Shown here: positions 60,536-64,000 of the stretch, in pieces
How the letters are laid out: the number at the start of each line of letters is the position of its first letter
How positions within the stretch are numbered: position 1 is the first letter of the stretch
Assembly: GCA_044892505.1 (NCBI GenBank)
Contig: CM097883.1
Span: 119,412,001 to 119,476,000, forward strand
Length of the DNA stretch: 64,000 nucleotides
Source: Schmidtea nova
Taxonomy: Eukaryota
Reading direction: 5' to 3'
Notes under the pieces: model-generated
Told to the model about the DNA's origin: nothing
Seen by the model: only the letters and a program-made list of their open reading frames with translations
Database searches by the model: none
Made by a program: the position numbers and the translations under genes

Positions 60536-63500
60536 TACTGCCATCGTTTCATGCGGCTGAAGTCGATGGTCATCTCAATTCATCTTTTTCCTCTCCCTTT
60601 TTTATTTCTTTTTTTCTCAATCACCTTCATTTCTTAATTATTCACAGAAAACGATGACTTGTCTAGTGGATACAGGTTAGAGCATTTCTCTCTTACCTCT
60701 CAAATGTATAGCTACACAAAGCAACACACGATTCCGTTTAAAAGCAGCTAATGGAGCTTTTATGAGCACGCGTGGAACCACCAAAGTACAGTTCACCCTA
60801 AGCGACATCAACAAAACCTTCGTTTGGATTTTTAGCATCGCTGACGTACCATATCCAATTCTGGGCATCGATTTTTTTGAAAATAATAATATCATTATCG
60901 ATTGCAACAAGCGCTCTCTCCGTCATCGATCGCAATATTAATTCCACGTCTTTAAATAACATTTTTAATCAAACTCCCAAATGCAATACAGTCTCTATCG
61001 ATTTATTCACGAGCTTTGTTGACAAACTCATCACGAATAGAATTTTCAACGATAACTTCACTTCTATGACAGGATCTTTAGATCAAAGGTTCTATCATCA
61101 AATCCTTACTCTGAATTCACCGCCACTCAGAGAGAGAGAGAGAGTGCACTCGATCTCTGGAGAAAAATTGACATTTCTGAAGACAGAATATGATGAGTTG
61201 TTAAAAGCAGGAGTGATCCAAAGATCTTCTTCACCTTGGTCCTCCCCGATCCATTTCGTCCCTAAGAAAGACGGATCTTTCAGGATATGTGGTGACTACC
61301 GTCCTTTAAATACCGTCACACAGCACGACTCATATCCAATGCCTCTTATAAAGGATTCGTTAGCCAGATTCACAGGTAACAAAATATTCTCTACGATCGA
61401 TCTGGCGAAGGCATACCACCAAATTCCTGTCGCTCCATCTGACGTGCAAAAAACAGCTGTCATCACTCCTATAGGTCTCTTCGAATTCCTGCAAATGCCT
61501 TTTGGTTTAAGGAACGCTGCACAAACATTCCAGCGACACATCGATCACATATTATCCGGACTAGATTATGTAGTAGCCTACGTCGACGACACCTTAGTCA
61601 CATCGCCCGATGCCGAAACACATAAACAACATCTATCTGGACTCATTAAAACCTTAGAGCAACATCAACTCAAGACAAATCATTCCAAATGTCAATTCTT
61701 TCAAACAAGTGTAAAATTTCTGGGACACACCTTATCCACCGATGGAATAGCTCCACAAACTGAACGCTTAAATTCCATCAGAAATTTTTCTAAACCGGAA
61801 ACTGTAACGCAGCTTCGCAGCTTTTTAGGCGTAGTCAATTATTGCCACAGGTTCATACCTAGGATATCTGATATTCTTGCTCCTCTGACTTCGCTCAGCT
61901 CGGGATCAAAGCGATCTGTTATAAAATGGACAGATAAATCTGACGCTGCATTCATCGAAGCAAAAAAAGCACTAGAATCAATTCAGACTTTGGCTTATCC
62001 AAAGTATTCCATACCTTTCAGTCTGACCACAGATGCATCCGACGTCGCAGTTGGTGCTGTGCTAACACAGGAAAAAGACGGTATAGTTCGACCTCTTGAA
62101 TTCTTTTTTAAGAAGTTAACCGAAACGCAAACCAAATATTCCGCGTTCGCTCGGGAACTTTTAGCCATATTTCTGTCTATTAGACATTTCAAACATTTGA
62201 TTGAAGGTAGATCCACTACGGTTTACACTGATCACAAGCCGTTGGTTCATATAACTACTATGAAGGATCCCTCTCCTAAGCAGTTACGTCAAATTTCTTT
62301 CATCACCGAGTTCACAAGTGACATCAGACACATAGCGGGTAAAGAGAACATTTTAGCTGATTTTCTCTCACGAAGTGCCAACGCTGTCTCCTTGGAACCC
62401 CTGTTTACAAGTTCCACTCTGCGAGAGAATAAACCAACCAAAGCTGATCTACAATATTTCCAACATCACAAATCAAACGTAGACGGCATTGATTTTAACT
62501 CATCACTTTCAGGAACTCTTAGACCTATTCTTGGATCCGAACTTCGAAAACAGGCATTCCGTGCAGTTCATGACTTACATCACCCTGGCTCGACCGCCAC
62601 CTATCCGCTGCTAAGAAACCAAGTCGTCTGGCCCTTTATGAGACGAGATACTAAAACATGGGTTAGTTAGTGTTTGAAATGCCAATCAAACAAAGTCACT
62701 CAACACGTTAAACCACCGCACATGCACTTTCCAACAGGCAATCGATTTGATGTCGTTCACATCGATCTTGTCGGACCTTTGCCAATAGACAATGGTTTTT
62801 CGTATCTTATAACAATGATAGACAGGAAGACAAGATGGTGTGAAGCAGTTCCTCTACGTTCTGTCTCAGCAAACATAGTAGCTGAATCTTTCATTTCGGA
62901 ATGGGTTTCACGATATGGCGATCCCAGACAAATTATTACCGACAGAGGAGTGTAATTCGAATCAAAGCTCTTTACTTCTTTATCGGAACAGGTTGGCATC
63001 GAACGACTGCGTTCGACTGCATATCATCCGCAGACGAATGGCCTCATCGAGAGATTTCACCGGACACTCAAGCAGTCACTACGTATACTCTCTCTAAACT
63101 ATCGCTGGACAAAAGCTTTGCCTTTTGTGCTATTGGGTTGGAGAAACACACCATCCAAGACAACCGAATCGTCTCCAGCTCAATTACTCTTCGGTACAAA
63201 CACTACAGTTCCCAACGAGCTCATCGACATCGGGGAACAACCAACGATCGAACAACTCAATACCGCCAGACGTCATTTCCTTGAAATTGATAGCAATCCA
63301 ATGTTTTCGTCAGCAAACGCCGAAAAACCTTTTATACCGAAATCTATATCTTCTGCTAAACACGTATGGATTCGTGCTATCAATGATTCTGCTTTAAAGC
63401 CTAGATATACTGGACCATTTCGACTACTACGTATAGTCGGGAACTATGCAACAGTCGACATTAACAGTTCATCCGAAACAATCTCTCTCACATGTATTAA

Positions 63501-63810
63501 ACCGGCATTCGGACTTTCGGAATTCCTCGATCCCAGCACTAGAGAGCTTGTCCCTGCTTCTACAAACAGTTCAGCACAGACCAATAAAACATCTGTCAAT
63601 TCGAGATCACCACTAACCCTTTCAGACGTGGATTCAACTCTCCCTACACCGATCGTGCTTACTGAAAATACTTGTTCGCACGAGGCAGACATATCTTCTG
63701 CGGATATAATCAATGAGCTTTCTAGTTCTGATGGCAAAAACACCACCGGTAGCCAGGAAACATACATTCACCGGCTAGCAACAAAACATCTAGACCACTT
63801 TCAATTTTGA
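60530..63810 (+). pseudogene. pol: pol (PR-RT-RNaseH-IN) with a few stops and frameshifts
   Basis: ORFs 60877-62670, 62674-62955 and 63118-63810 carry RT/RH/IN motifs; YTGPF. Confidence 0.93.
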
Positions 63811-64000
63811 AAAAATCTCCCATGGCTCATTCCAAGACTGCTTCTACTACAAAGCATAGCGTCTCAATTAACCCATGGGTTCGCGAAGGCCATATAGGAG
63901 ATAATTCTAACGCTCCAACTAGACTTTATCAAATACTGTGAATATACTCCTCCTTCTTTTCGATCTATCTCTTTCCTTTTACCTTTCCATTCATTCTTTT

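Larger units (their letters stand above)
58264..64000 (+). mobile_element. Ty3/gypsy family 2, copy E: putative 5' LTR, PBS, UBL-gag, pol; runs off the right edge
   Basis: TGTGGT...ACCACA termini (58264-59131); PBS; gag, PR LVDTG*, RT YVDD, RNase H TDAS, integrase. Confidence 0.93.

Overview
AT-rich eukaryotic scaffold with three N gaps. It is probably a compact-genome bilaterian invertebrate (inference: SoxD-class gene, 44-84 nt GT-AG introns). Two apparently intact host genes: a 5-exon SoxD (17636-21332) and a 3-exon Dpy-30 (53096-53404). The rest is mostly transposons. Ty3/gypsy family 1 is AT-skewed with a tRNA-Leu PBS and LTRs ending in TA (copies at 1-3100 minus, 36770-39379, and near-intact 43459-49857). 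Ty3/gypsy family 2 has copies at ~30662-35464 and 58264-64000. There are also three solo LTRs of a third family, hAT and mariner relics, a hAT MITE and an unclassified repeat carrying two ORFs. Headline: both family-2 copies encode a full ubiquitin-like domain ending in di-Gly (RLRGG|M and PLYGG|A) fused in frame to the N-terminus of Gag. The positions where their LTRs should lie contain host-gene-derived sequence (RPS5-like, ZSWIM-like). A 1.24-kb mini-element with the same cis-signals, carrying a secreted mucin-like ORF, is nested in a family-1 LTR. Protein similarities come from recalled reference sequences aligned by eye; no database search was run.
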